Assembly: GCF_028641065.1 (NCBI RefSeq)
Contig: NC_073409.1
Location: 12,276,001-12,340,000 of the forward strand
Origin: Leucoraja erinacea
Lineage: Eukaryota
Direction of reading: 5' to 3'
DNA length: 64,000 nucleotides
Part shown: piece after piece, positions 48,035-60,333 of the stretch
Layout: each line of letters opens with the position of its first letter
How positions within the stretch are numbered: position 1 is the stretch's first letter
Program-made: the position numbers and the translations under genes
The notes under the pieces: generated by a model
The model's input: the letters and a program-made list of their open reading frames with translations, nothing else
Told to the model about the DNA's origin: nothing
Databases searched by the model: none

Positions 48035-48163
48035 CCAAGGATTGTTGAAAGTAATCCAATGTTTCACTCGGTCACCAAACTTCTCAAAACACAGGTTGGC
48101 ATAATCATTGAAGAAGTTAATCATACTACTGTTCTGCCAGCCACCATATTTATTTTGGAGGAC
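48035..48163 (-). CDS. LCTL: LCTL exon 5 ([11 protein letters not shown]...[15 protein letters not shown])
   Basis: tttttag| ... |gtacgt; 129 nt. Confidence 0.95.
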
Positions 48164-48363
48164 CTAAAAATAATAGAGATAAATATGAAATGAGAATCAA
48201 ATGCCATTTAATGCATTATAACTTCTCTTTCTAACACGCTGTAGTGCATACCAATTTCTAGTGGGCTAACATGACCTTAGATGAACAAACAAAACAAGCC
48301 AGTCATCAGACGTAAACAGATCAATTGGCGAAGGTATCTGCAGGAAGAGCATGGCTAACTGTA

Positions 48364-48800
48364 CAGTAAATCTTCGTTTTAACGGACCTCCTTAAAACGG
48401 ATTTTGGTTATAGCGGCGGACCCATCGACGGTTTCTAACATCACCACCGGCTTCACCGCCTCCAAGGCTGGGCTGCTTTCAGGTGCGTTGCCGACGCCAC
48501 CACCAGCCACTTCCAGGTCGGCCCACACAGTTTCCCTTGCCACTTCCAGGCTGGGCTGCCGACACCATCTACCTGGCCGCTTTTAGGCTGAGATGCCGAC
48601 ACCACCCCTGGCCCACACCGCCCTGCCCGGCAGCTTCCAGGCCAGATCTACTGCTGCCTCTGCCGGCCCACACAGCTCTCTAGACCCCTTTCAGGTCGTG
48701 CCTGCCGCCACCTACCCTTACCTGCACTCCAGCCGCCTGCAGGCCGGTACCAACGACTCCACCAATCTTCGCCTCTCCTTGGGCCAGCAGGCCCAGGCCA
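48364..48800. mobile_element. Tigger-like element left end with a GC-rich, internally repetitive body
   Basis: TA|CAGTAAATCTTCGTTTTAACGGAC terminus; no matching right TIR found. Confidence 0.5.
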
Positions 48801-50659
48801 TCAACTCACCTGGAACTGAGAGTCTGAAAAAGGGTCTCGACCCAAAACGTCACCTATCCATGTTCTCCAGAGATGCTGTCTGACCTGCTGAGTTACTCCA
48901 GCACTTGCAGTTGTTTGTTTCTGTCCAATATAATGATGGTTTATGGTACTTACATTAACAGGGCCAGGTGGCTGTACAGTAAAGGGAATCCACAGAAATT
49001 GGAAAAAATATTTTAATAACCCAGTATGCCCTAAGAGAACCATAAATGTACAGGCTGTGAAAAGAGATGGAGAGAGACGCCTTTGTTAAGATGAACACAG
49101 CTCTTTTCTGAACTCCTTTCCCAAGACAATGAAATTCTTGACAGTAATAAAAAGGACTCCAAGAAGGCTGGTTTCATTGCCAACTTCTTTGTAAATATGA
49201 AATAGTCAAAGGTATTGAGTCAAAATAAATATTGTTAGAGCATTTCAACAGAATTCATATCCGAACAGAGTGATTATAATCTCAATTCCTCTGTGTCTCG
49301 TGGGACCGTTTGTTCAAGTTACATATCAGTTCCAATAAACACCTGACGTAAAGGCAGTGCATTCAAAAGGAGAGAGCAGGTGGCGGGAATAGATTACATT
49401 TTGTATTTTTCAATCTTAAAATTAATTGTGACTATATGTTAAAGCTGAGTGTAGCCACGAGAATGTAATTCAAAATGTGGCATTGATGCAGTTTTAAATC
49501 AGGCAGCAAAGTTAGTCTGGTCTGAAATCCTGTTTGTTTACACTAAGGATGAGTTTAATGTGAAATTTAGTGTAATGTTAAAGGAGGAGTAACAATTAAA
49601 TCAGTTAATAACGGGCAGGGTTTTACCTTAAAAGACATTGCAGCCAGGGAAGGGTGACCTGATCAGTCATCAAACGTTATAGATCATTAGATTATCTGCA
49701 TGTTGACCCCAAATTGATAATGAGGACATGCTCCACTGATAGCACATAAGGATAGGGAGGGAGTTCATTATGTCAGCTGTTACATTGTTGCCACTGTCAA
49801 CCTCAGAGATGTTAAATCCTATATCACCGCAGAACTAGGAATCCTGATCTATTGTCATTATTAAATCTCTTAATAACACTTCTGCACAACCAAAGTAATC
49901 AAACCCCACTCAGATAGGTGGAGACACTAGTCCGACAGTAATCCAGGAACCTGTGTGTAACACAGCTGTACTAGAGCTAGAACGTCTTGTCCCTGGTCGT
50001 TCAGTCTGTGGTGGGAAGGGTAGTAGCAGAGTTGTTAAAGTTGGTCACAAGTACCCAAATCTGAAAAGGTAAAATAAAGCCAGACTTTTCACATACAGGG
50101 GGAAGTGCAGAAATTCAGATTTCCCATCTTGTGGAGAGGCGCATATATGCATTCTGATGTAAATGGACAAATGTATGCTCACAATCATATTGAATTTTTA
50201 AATGATTATTGAGATGGTCGTTTCTCCACTTTCCATTCCCTCCACCCCACCCTTGCAGATGTCCCTGCTGAGAAAGATTGTAATCATTTTGGGTTGCAAT
50301 GACAGAATTCAGTAGATTAAGACAGGATTGTAACATCACAGTATTCAGAGTGACACGACCACTTTCTCTAAAAGTATGGTCCTTAGGATGAACACAACAG
50401 TGCCCTCCTGCACAGGTTAGAATTAACCATGTGGGTGAAGCCTATGCTCTTTTATTTGTATTTATCTGTGGGATGTGGCTACTGTGTATAATTGTTGCCT
50501 TTTTGTGACTGTTATTCAGCTGAAGAGTCAGTGCTCATTTATTTGTTTGTTCTCACACTATAGACAAGGTTGGCTTTATTGTATCCTTGAAACTCTGCAG
50601 TCCCTTGACTGACACTGTACCAGTATATCCTAAATCACATTCAAACATTTGGTACAGAC

Positions 50660-50769
50660 CTGTGGAAGATCCCAGTGGTACAGGGTCACTATGGGCAGAA
50701 TTTGGCTCTCCTGGAGGGTGTTTATCAGTTCATTATAATAGTCGATTCCTTTGCCATTCACTTGCTCGG
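50660..50769 (-). CDS. LCTL: LCTL exon 4 ([16 protein letters not shown]...TLYHWDLPQ)
   Basis: ctccag| ... CAG|gtctgt; 110 nt. Confidence 0.93.
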
Positions 50770-50935
50770 CTGGAGAATTTTGAAAGATAAGAAATAGATT
50801 ATCTATAATGTACAAATTATTTGTAAATACAATCTTTGTTATACTCTACTGTAACTTTCCTACAGTGAGGACCTCCTCCCACAGTTATATCAAGACTCTT
50901 ATGTAGTGTGATAATACAGGTACTGCTAGGCTACT

Positions 50936-51152
50936 GAGAATCTGTGGAATTCTCCGCCACAGAAGGTAGTTGAGGCCAGTTCATTGGCTATATTTAAGAG
51001 GGAGTTAGATGTGGCTAAAGGGATCAGGGGGTATGGAGAGAAGGCAGGGAAGGGATACTGAGTTGGATGATCAGCCATGATCATATTGAATGGCGGTGCA
51101 GGCTCGAAGGGCCGAATGGCCTACTCCTGCACCTATTTTCTATGTTTCTATG
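50936..51152 (+). mobile_element. CR1 3' end (related short pieces at ~24366-24522 on - and ~57978-58162 on +)
   Basis: Matches 23465-23688 closely; TTTCTATG tail. Confidence 0.88.
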
Positions 51153-52784
51153 TACGTGGCAGTGCCGGAGATCAGATTTGGGAGTTGATGTGATGGGGAG
51201 GAAAGGTTGGGAGATGTCATTGCTCAGCAGGGAATTTTTAATACTGAGCTGGTATCCGAGTATCAGCAAGTTTGGCAATCATGGAGGTATACAGCTATTA
51301 ACTGACCTCACCCAGGATGATAGATTTATCCTCATAACTCAAAGCACAGAAACAGAGAGAGAAAACAACCTTAGTATAATCCTTAGTTACACTTCAGTAC
51401 CCATAAATTTGTACAAGGTTTGCCGAGAGTGGAAGGGTGTCAGCCAAGGTTAAAGTGGTGGGCATAACAGGCATTTTTTCCTAATAATAAAAAATAATTA
51501 TAGGAATAGTGGTTTTCAGTTCTGTCCGCCCCATTGCAGGAAGGATGTGTAGTGGGCGGGGGAGTCGGGGGAAACGTTTTCAATCTCTTACCTTGCCAGA
51601 GATGCGATTGTTTTCTGGATCGTATCTCCGGTCGCTCTGCAACCTAACATCGTGGAGCTGGAGGCCTTGCTCGGGACTGACTTTGAGCCCCTTGCCTGGG
51701 CTCGATGCTCCAACTGCGGCCTGCGGCCTTTAACATCAAGGAGCTTGCAGTCTCGGGTTGAGACCGACATCGGGAAGCTCCAAAAGCCGCAAGACGTTCG
51801 ACTAGCCCCAACCCATGGTAGATCACCCGGCGCGGGGGAGCTGAGATCCCCCCCCCCCGATGCATGAGCTTGATCGCCCCGACGAGGAGGCCAGCCGCCG
51901 GCTACAGGAGAAAGATCATCCCGTCAACGGAAGGCCCCCGACCCGTGGAGGACAAAGAAGTGAGAGATTGAACTTTTTTATCCTTCCATCAGTGAGGAAT
52001 GTGGAGGAGTCACTGTGGTGGATGTTCGTGTTAAAATGTATTTTGAGTGTTCTGTTGCTTTTTATTGGTATGACTGTATATTGCATGTATGTTGCACTGT
52101 AATTCCTCATATATGGTGCAAAACATACTTGGCTTATAAAGTATGATTATGATGCCATCCTGGTTCTTCAAGCCTGGTCTGTCACAGCTGTGGGGCAAAT
52201 GCACAGCTTCTTTCCCTTCCCTTACAGGGTGACTGAGGCCAAGTGTTTACTGAACAGCAAATGTTTAAAGGGGATTCCAAACCAAAAAGTGTGAATAGAG
52301 AGACGTCATATGTACTCATAGCTCAGGACTATGCCCTTTGGCCCATAAACTTTATGCCGAACATGACACCAATGTAAACCTCACATCTACCTACACATGG
52401 TTTATATCCCTCAGTTCCCTGTTCATGTCTCTATATGCCTTTTAATCATTGCTATTATATCTGATTTCCAAAATCTACACATCCTGCCTATAATGTGGCG
52501 ACCAGAAATGCAAACCAAAACTTTGATTTGTATTACAAAGTAAAAATACTTAATACCTGCTTAGTCCCAGAACTTGTACCCGGCCTGACACCTTTCCACT
52601 CTCTGTGCCAATCATGTGCAAATCTGTGGATGCTGAAGTGCAGCAAAAGATTATGCTAAAATTCATTTTCTCCCTGTGAACAAGGAGGGAATCTGCTCAC
52701 TTCTGACAGCATTAACATTAGCTTACTAGCATTCAGAGAAGGCCGACTCCCTACCTAGCAAGACAGTAAAGTGAGAGATGTTAC

Positions 52785-52872
52785 CTTTTATCCCCGTTGG
52801 TATGATTCGAGGCCAGGATATAGAAAAGCGATAATGATTGACTTTTAACTCCTTCAACAAGGCAATGTCCTC
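52785..52872 (-). CDS. LCTL: LCTL exon 3 (EDIALLKELKVNHYRFSISWPRIIPTGIK)
   Basis: ttacag| ... G|gtaaca; 88 nt. Confidence 0.95.
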
Positions 52873-53021
52873 CTGTAATAAAATCAGGTGTTAACCAGGC
52901 TTTGCATGCATGAGGAAAATTATGAAGTTACTGGGTCTAGAAGGTTTGCTGGACAGGCTGGGAATTATTTACCTGGAATATAGGAGCCAGAAGGATTATG
53001 TTATGGAGGTTTATAATATCA

Positions 53022-53165
53022 CTAGACCAAGTGGGACACGTTGGGTCCTTGTCACACTGGAGGGCTGGTCCCCGATCGCAATATTCCACCACTCACCCAT
53101 AGCCCCCAACTGTGCAGCCGCGGCTGACGGGTTGGCGTTGTGACGCCAAAGGTTTGGGATAAGGG
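53022..53165 (-). mobile_element. Helitron-like non-autonomous 3' end; related copy at ~38100-38209 (+)
   Basis: Minus strand: GGACCC-AAC-GTGTCC hairpin then CACTTGGT-CTAG|T; shares TGGGTGAGTGGTGGAATATTGCG with 38148-38170. Confidence 0.55.
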
Positions 53166-53417
53166 CCAGGTGCAGGCAGTTAGGTAATCCAAACAATGTA
53201 TTTTCACCAGAAATACTTGGCGACGGAGGATAGTTACATATAGAATTGCAAATCGAGTCACTTAGAAAAGTGGTCAATAGACCTGATTGACAGTGGGTGA
53301 TCCAATCACACCCATTCTGTCAGGAATTTCACCATATTCCACCTTAAACATTTCATTGCCTGCAAAATACCTTGGGATGTGAAAAACTCTAACACAACCC
53401 ATATTCTATGTTCTTAC

Positions 53418-53578
53418 CTTGAATTTATAATAGCTTTCACAGGATGAGTCCCCTGTTTCATTCAGGAATACTTTTCCTTTCTTATGCGTGAAAACATCCC
53501 AGATACTGAGACCTTTCCCATCTTGATTCCAGGCTCCTTCTGTCTGGTAGGCCGAACTGCCCACACCCCAGGAGAAAC
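53418..53578 (-). CDS. LCTL: LCTL exon 2 ([15 protein letters not shown]...SCESYYKFK)
   Basis: ttttag| ... |gtaaga; 161 nt; GH1 N-terminal signature. Confidence 0.95.
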
Positions 53579-55849
53579 CTAAAATCAGTAGAGTACTTAA
53601 ACACTGTGTTTCACGACAATATATTTGTGCATTGATTGGTACTTGGAAATATTCCAAATTGTTTCAAACTAAGATTAATTAAAGTTCGGTATTTTTCACA
53701 TTTCCATACAATGCAGGAGGCCATTCATCTGAATGAGCTTATGCTGGCTGTTAGTAAAATCCCATTATCCCACTTATTTCCCTTGTAATTATTATTTCTC
53801 ATACATTGCAGGACGTCTCTGTTCCGAGTCTATATGCCTGTGATGCTGCTGCAAGCAAGATTTTCATTGTACCTGGATCTCACCACACTTGTGCATGTGA
53901 CAATAAACGTGACTCGCCTTGAGATCTACCCTAATTCACCAGCCACCCACCTACACTTGGGACAACCTAGTATGACCAATAAACCCAACAACTCTTATGA
54001 GTTTCGGACATGGGAGAAAACTCAAGAGTACCCAGAGAAAAGCCACATTGTCACAGAGAGAACATGGAAATCGGAGCTAAGATCAGGATCAAACCCAGGT
54101 CACTGGAGATGTGAAGCAGCAGAACTGCCTGCTAAACCACTGTGTTGCTCATATATGCTGCAGCACAGAACGTTTAAAGATGGTACTGCATGACTTTCAG
54201 CTCTAAATACAAACTCTGAAGTGATTTTAGAAAATTGGTGTGGAGCTGATTGTGTCTGGTCCAGTACGAGACGAGAAACAGAACAACCATGCTGTCACAA
54301 GATCTGTAGCTGCACGGGACTGTTCATTAATTCGTATAGTCTGCCATGAACATAGTAAAACATCCAAGGCGTGTCACAAAAGGAGATGGCAAAGAGAGAA
54401 CCAAAAGTCAACCAACGAGTTGTGCTTTAAGGAGCATGAAAGGAGGAGAGGGAGGCAGAGAAGTTAGGGTTGGTGTCCAAGTAACTGACAGAGAGATTAA
54501 AATCGACATTGACTGGAAGGCTGTGAGAGTTGGGGGAACACAGAGATCATAGAGAGTTGTAGCACCAGAGTTTACAGGGATGGATTTCCACTCAGGGTGA
54601 GCAGGGGCAAAATCTTGGAGGAATTTGAAAGCAAAGTTGGAATTTTTAATATCAAGACCTTTATTTAACGTGAAGCCTACATAACTCCCACAGCACCGGA
54701 GGTGGAAGGAATGCAAATTAGACATATTTCTTAAAGAAAATAACATTTTGAGATTCTGCATGAATAATCTGAAAGGATGTACAGTGGAAAGCAAATGTCT
54801 TTGGACTTAATGTTTCCCAAGGGCTATGCTCACTCACACATAGGAGCACACAAGAACAAGAGAGGTTTCATAAAAAATCTTGGGAGGGTTAGACAGAAGG
54901 ACATGTCCATTGGTTGTGAAATCCACAATTAGAAATCATGCATTCATGCTATAATGTCATCTATTTGGGAGAGAGCCGAGTAGAGATTTATTTTGAATTC
55001 TCTGCAGCACCATATATGTGGTGCTTCGTCATTTGCATGTTTGAGGCTTAGATTAGGTAGTTTCTGAGGTTGTAATGAATTAATGGATATTGGAAAGTTA
55101 TTGTAAAGTTGAATTATTTTATGGAAGGGCGGGGAGACCATTCGTTTCAGTTCCTAAAGCTACGTATCATGGGGGCTTTATTCATTTCTAGCCTGGATTT
55201 GTTGTGGACTGATTAATAAATCGTCTGTGTATCAATTGATCATTGGGATAGTGGAAGATGAAGCAGTAGATCCTAGTCCTTGGTGCTGTAACAATTCCAA
55301 TATCCTAAAGTCTTTTCAGAATACTTGTTAGATTCAACCAATCAAGATTTTGAATATTTGTCTCTTTTTTTCACCTGGATCTTGATTTGTAAACTGAGAC
55401 GGTAAATGCACATACTGTTTCTTATGGGGACTGCCAATAATCTGTCACTACAGGGGCAACAGTCCTTCGTCATTGAAAACTCAATATGATGCATATAATC
55501 CAGCTTCTGGTAACAAACATTGGCCTGCTCTAAACTGGTAAGAATTCTGAAGCTATTGGACACAGAGAACATATCAATAGATCAGTTTATTCTTATATTG
55601 CGTAAAGTTAAGAAACTGTCCACAAATCTGGTATAATGAGAAGATTCCAGAACTGAGAAGGACCAATATTATTTTTCTTGATTATTCTTAAACTTTTAGA
55701 TCAGTGACCAGAAATGGACATTCTGTAACAATAGATTTGTTCTGACCATAAAAATCATGCCTTCACCATACAGCATCTTAAAAGTATTAACAGTAAATGA
55801 ATACATCGCTCTAGTTCCTAGCTCTACTTGGGCCCTTCAATGTACTTAC

Positions 55850-55970
55850 CAGCAGGGAAAGTCCCATAGTAGAAGGATCCGCCATGGTCTTTTGTCCAGT
55901 CAAAGTCCAGAGTCAGGCACAGAGGCAGCGCCAGCAGCAGCCCTCCATGCAGAACCAGGGGCTGCATCAT
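55850..55970 (-). CDS. LCTL: LCTL exon 1 (MMQPLVLHGGLLLALPLCLTLDFDWTKDHGGSFYYGTFPA)
   Basis: ATG with an in-frame upstream TGA; hydrophobic signal peptide; G|gtaagt; 121 nt. Confidence 0.92.
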
Positions 55971-58900
55971 CCTTCAGCCTTTATCAGTCCAGTGTCGTTA
56001 CCTAGCACCCGATGGCAGCTTCTCCCCACAATCTGTCCACACACAGAGTACAACACAATCATGCAGAAGAGTGCCGCAGAAAAACTAACCACACGGGCAA
56101 GAGCACATTGTAAAGTGAAAGCTGAGGGATGACCCGACAGGTCTTTCAAATTCTGAACTAATTTGATTGATAAATGAAGAGAAAACGTGTCCCCATCTTA
56201 ATGAATTCACAGTGCAAATGTGAAACTTCTTCCCAAAGGAATAAACGTACAAAGGAGGATGTTATAGAACGAGATGATGGGGGGATCGGATGAATGGGGA
56301 GAATGTGATGCCGTGAGTGAGCACTTGATCTGAATGATCTCTTTCTATGTTGTGCTTTCCATACAAAATAAACCTGGTTATTAACCATCATAGCTTCTAC
56401 CGCAGGCACAAGTATCAAAGATATGCACTACCATGTATTTTTTGTCTTGCATTATATTAATTGGCATCCTTGTCATCCAAGTAATTAAAATAGCATTTAC
56501 TGAATTTGTGTTCAGATTGGATCCTCCATTCAGAAAGCCACAATACTGCTTTTGGGTCTTTCCAAGTTCCTGATGTTGAACATTTGCACCAGATAGCTAA
56601 AGGTATCACCTTGATATCACATTGTTGATTTCCAGACAATATTGTAGAAAAAATGAATTCCTAATGTAATGCTCATTTGTGTTATATACACATCCAGTCA
56701 AGTTTGGCAAATGAGATTAATGAAAGACTGACTGCCACAAATCATCATCTTACCTGTTAACCTTTCTTCATTTATCTGGATGAGAAGATGACACCAATAC
56801 TAGGCACTCAGAATAAATCCACCCTGCAGCCGTACACAGTCCAAAAATAAAGTAAAAATTTGGAGAACAATCTAGCAAACTATTCATTGGTTCCAGAGAG
56901 AGAATGTCATTTGGAATTCAATGATGCGTTAGCAAATTTAGCTGAACTTGACAAATCTCTTTGTAAAGGCCGAGTTTCCCTTGTAAGCAAACTTTTCTAA
57001 GCTGTATTTGAACCAGCCTCTCTTGTGTGTGTTTTTGATGACAATACTTCAGTGTGAGGATGAGCTCTGTGTCCATTTTCATAGGAATAGTTCCAAATGT
57101 AAGCATATAAAGGATCACAATGTTGTGCCAGGTTGGAAACAGCTGCTCAGTGGCAACCACTGACAAAGCAAGTTCAACCTCTTTCCCTCTGCCTAGATAC
57201 TGCAATGGGGTGAATGCCTCAGAATTAGAATGGCTCACCCCTCTGAAAAGTATTGCACGTTTTCCAAAAAAAGATCTTTTGCAACAAATCCAAACTTCTG
57301 ATAAAATTCCAATGGGGATATTACATTCTTCCAAAGACATGTTGCACTAAACGTTATTCCCTTATCATGTAGCTGTACACTGTGAATGGCTCGATTGTAA
57401 TTATGTATTGTCTTTCCGCTGGCCGATTAGCACACAACAAAGGTTTTGCACTGTACCTCGGTGCACGTGACAATAAACTAAACTGAACTGGACGAGGGAG
57501 TTCATTGTTGTAATTATCTTTTACAGTGAGTTTTAACCTTTCAGTAGGCTTGAGGTAGTTGTTGAAATGTTCAATGATAGGTCATAGTATCTGTATAGTG
57601 ACGTTGCCATGTGTGTTTGACCTGATCTTACCCCAGAGTCACAGGACAAGAGTCAGTATGTGCATCAAGGTCCTCGAAGCAGAAGATAGACAATTTTCTT
57701 GCAAGTGAGTGATAGTATGGATGCAAATGGATCTCCCTTGGCATATTCACACTTCTACTCAAAATGTTAGCCTAACTGCTCCCCTAAACCGTCATGTTCT
57801 TGTTTCACATATGAATGTTTAGCTTTCAGAGTAATTTGAAAATGTATTAAATGGGCCCTTCAATGGTGCTACTAATCATAGAATGAAACATCTATAATGT
57901 TGCATTGGGAGTCCAAATTAGCTTGGATTATCTCATGCATGCATCAGTCTCACTGAAATAAGATTCATAAAATACAGATTGTGGAATTCTCTGCCACAGA
58001 AGGCAGTGAAGGCCAATTCACTGGAGAGTTTACAAGAGAGTTAGATATAGCTCTTGGGGCTAACAGAATCAAGGGATATGGGGAGAACTGATTTAGCATG
58101 ATCAGCCATGATCACAGTGAATGTCGGTGCTGGCTCGGTGCCAAATTGCCTACTCCTGCACTTATTGAAGGAGAATGGGATAGGATCAATAACACACTTC
58201 TATTTAATCCCAGTTCAAATGATATTGGTCCATCTCCAGGCCACTTCAGAACATTCAGTCATCTGACTGCGACAGCTTCAGAATCTTATTATCTTTTAAA
58301 GGCAGCCTAATCTGTCTAGCACCTGCCACAAAGTTTCATGATCAATGAGCCAAAGTGTTTCCTCAAAACAGCAAAAAAAACACCAACTAATTTTGTTTAC
58401 AATACCTCCCTGGATAAGCCCTTTTTGGTACACACCCTCCTGTTAGTTTAGACTAGTTTAAAACCTCCCGAGTAGTCCAGAAAACCTGTCCACCAGGATA
58501 TTGTTCCTCTTACATTCAGTAGCAGCTTCTGTGTCTAATACAGGTAACCTCTGCTCCTAATAGGTCGCAATGGTCCAAATGCCTTCACCTGTTCCAGCAC
58601 ATGATGCCCTTTCCTCCTATTCCTGCTGTCATTAGCACTTGAGAGGCAACAATGTTGGCATTCTCAGACTTCTGGGATCTTCTCATTGCACTAGATTTGA
58701 AAAACAATTCATGAAGTGCCTGCGTCTTCATTCTGTTGTATTCAGCTTATGTGCTGTTTGGTTCTGAGTCTCATCTGACATGCACTGAGAGTTGGCTTAA
58801 AATGATATTTAATTGTAATGATGGTTTACCTGTCAATGATTAGCTTCAAGTCTATACGGGATAATCCTACAATCATTATGACTAATTTGAATTTAGAAGT

Positions 58901-60195
58901 AAAAAGATGTGATGTTAAGATTTATATTCAGAAAAAAAAAATGTCATATAGATTGTTACAATCTCCCATCACTAACATATAAACTAAACCATTTTGCACC
59001 CTGCATCTTGACACACATTCTCCCTTTAAAATATAAGAAAAATAAACTTTCCCAACTCTCAAATTCTGAATCTCATTTCATATCTCAAATGCTTCTGCCA
59101 AATATCCTGCAAATTCAAATAAAATGAGCTCAGGCACAGTACAACAGTACAATAAGGACACCCAATCAAAAATAGCACCCTTCTGTCTTTCTCCGCAGCT
59201 TACATTAACTAAGAACAGTGGTTGTTTGCCCCAGCATTAAGGCTGGCAAAGAGCTTTGTACGCCCTGCTCAGGTGGAGGGTCAACAACATTGTTTTCAGC
59301 AATCAGCCTTCACTAAAATTGTCTCAGGGTACATTCCCGAAAACAATTTAAAGGAAATCTTTTTATCGTGGTTTAATAAATACATGGGGTTATGTGCACT
59401 TTATGCTGGTACGGGTAATCAATTACATTGCTACAAACATAGCCAATGCAATACTGTGAACTGTTAAGATATGTAATGACACCAAGAAGCTGTCACCAAC
59501 TCAGCTGTAGATGAGTTATATGGATGCCACACCAGACATTCCCGTCTCCCTGTAATTTCTGCCGACATTCGGTAGACATTCCTCTCTCCTTGTTAGACTA
59601 CCCAAGCTTGTTACCATAAACATGGACACTTACTATTGTAATGGTACTTTCAGGAGTTTCTGCACAGGCTTTTTTTATTAACAAAACTAATACTGCAATA
59701 GTGATTAGTCACTATTGGAGATCCTCAGGGGATGCACAGAAGTAATAAAATAATAAAAGATCCCGTGACCAAGCACAGAGACTGCAGCATGTGAATATCA
59801 TTCATACATCCAGCTAACTTTGTTGTCTATTGTTCCAAAACCTCAGCACCCATGTTCCAAGAAAGTTCAAAATTGCGAAAATTTGCACACCCGCAGAGAT
59901 GCGTTTCTGATTTTGTCTTCCTAATTCTCAGGGACTTGTCAGTTTGTGCCGATAACACATCTTTATTCAGCACAAAGGTTGCACCGCTGCAACTGTCGTC
60001 CACTGCAGCTGCCCTTCTCATTTCTGTCAAGGAGGTGAAGCAATGAAGACAACACTTTCAAAGTAATGTTTCAGAAGTTATGGTCTGCAGTTCTCAAAGG
60101 CTGTTGTGTTCATACATCCAACTTGCTGTACATTGAAAAAAAATCTGAAGACATCTTTTGTGCTATTAATTTAAAGTCTTGACACAAAGCATGAT

Positions 60196-60333
60196 TTAGT
60201 TATATTCTTCATCCTCTTCTTCTTCCACTTCCTCCTCCTCCTCATCATGTCTTATATGAGTAACAAACTGGGATGTGTTTAACTGTAGCTGGGTTTGATT
60301 GATGGTATTTTCATTGTCTACCTGCATCAAAGA
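60196..60333 (-). CDS. SNAPC5: SNAPC5 last coding exon (SLMQVDNENTINQTQLQL...EEEEDEEYN*)
   Basis: ccttctacag|; TAA at 60196-60198; AATAAA candidate (minus) at 59962-59967. Confidence 0.92.
   Translation of the reverse strand, partial: SLMQVDNENTINQTQLQLNTSQFVTHIRHDEEEEEVEEEEDEEYN

Larger units (their letters stand above)
33151..55970 (-). other. LCTL: LCTL gene model (lactase-like protein / gamma-Klotho, glycoside hydrolase family 1), 13 coding exons, 1701-nt CDS, 566 aa
   Basis: Signal peptide; one GH1 domain ([47 protein letters not shown]); C-terminal MVTEIVVPTVC plus TM helix typical of LCTL. All junctions are GT-AG and in phase. Confidence 0.96.

Noticed and set aside
56918-57350. 140-aa and 76-aa ORFs upstream of LCTL
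   Set aside because: No recognisable domain or convincing splice structure; likely chance ORFs.
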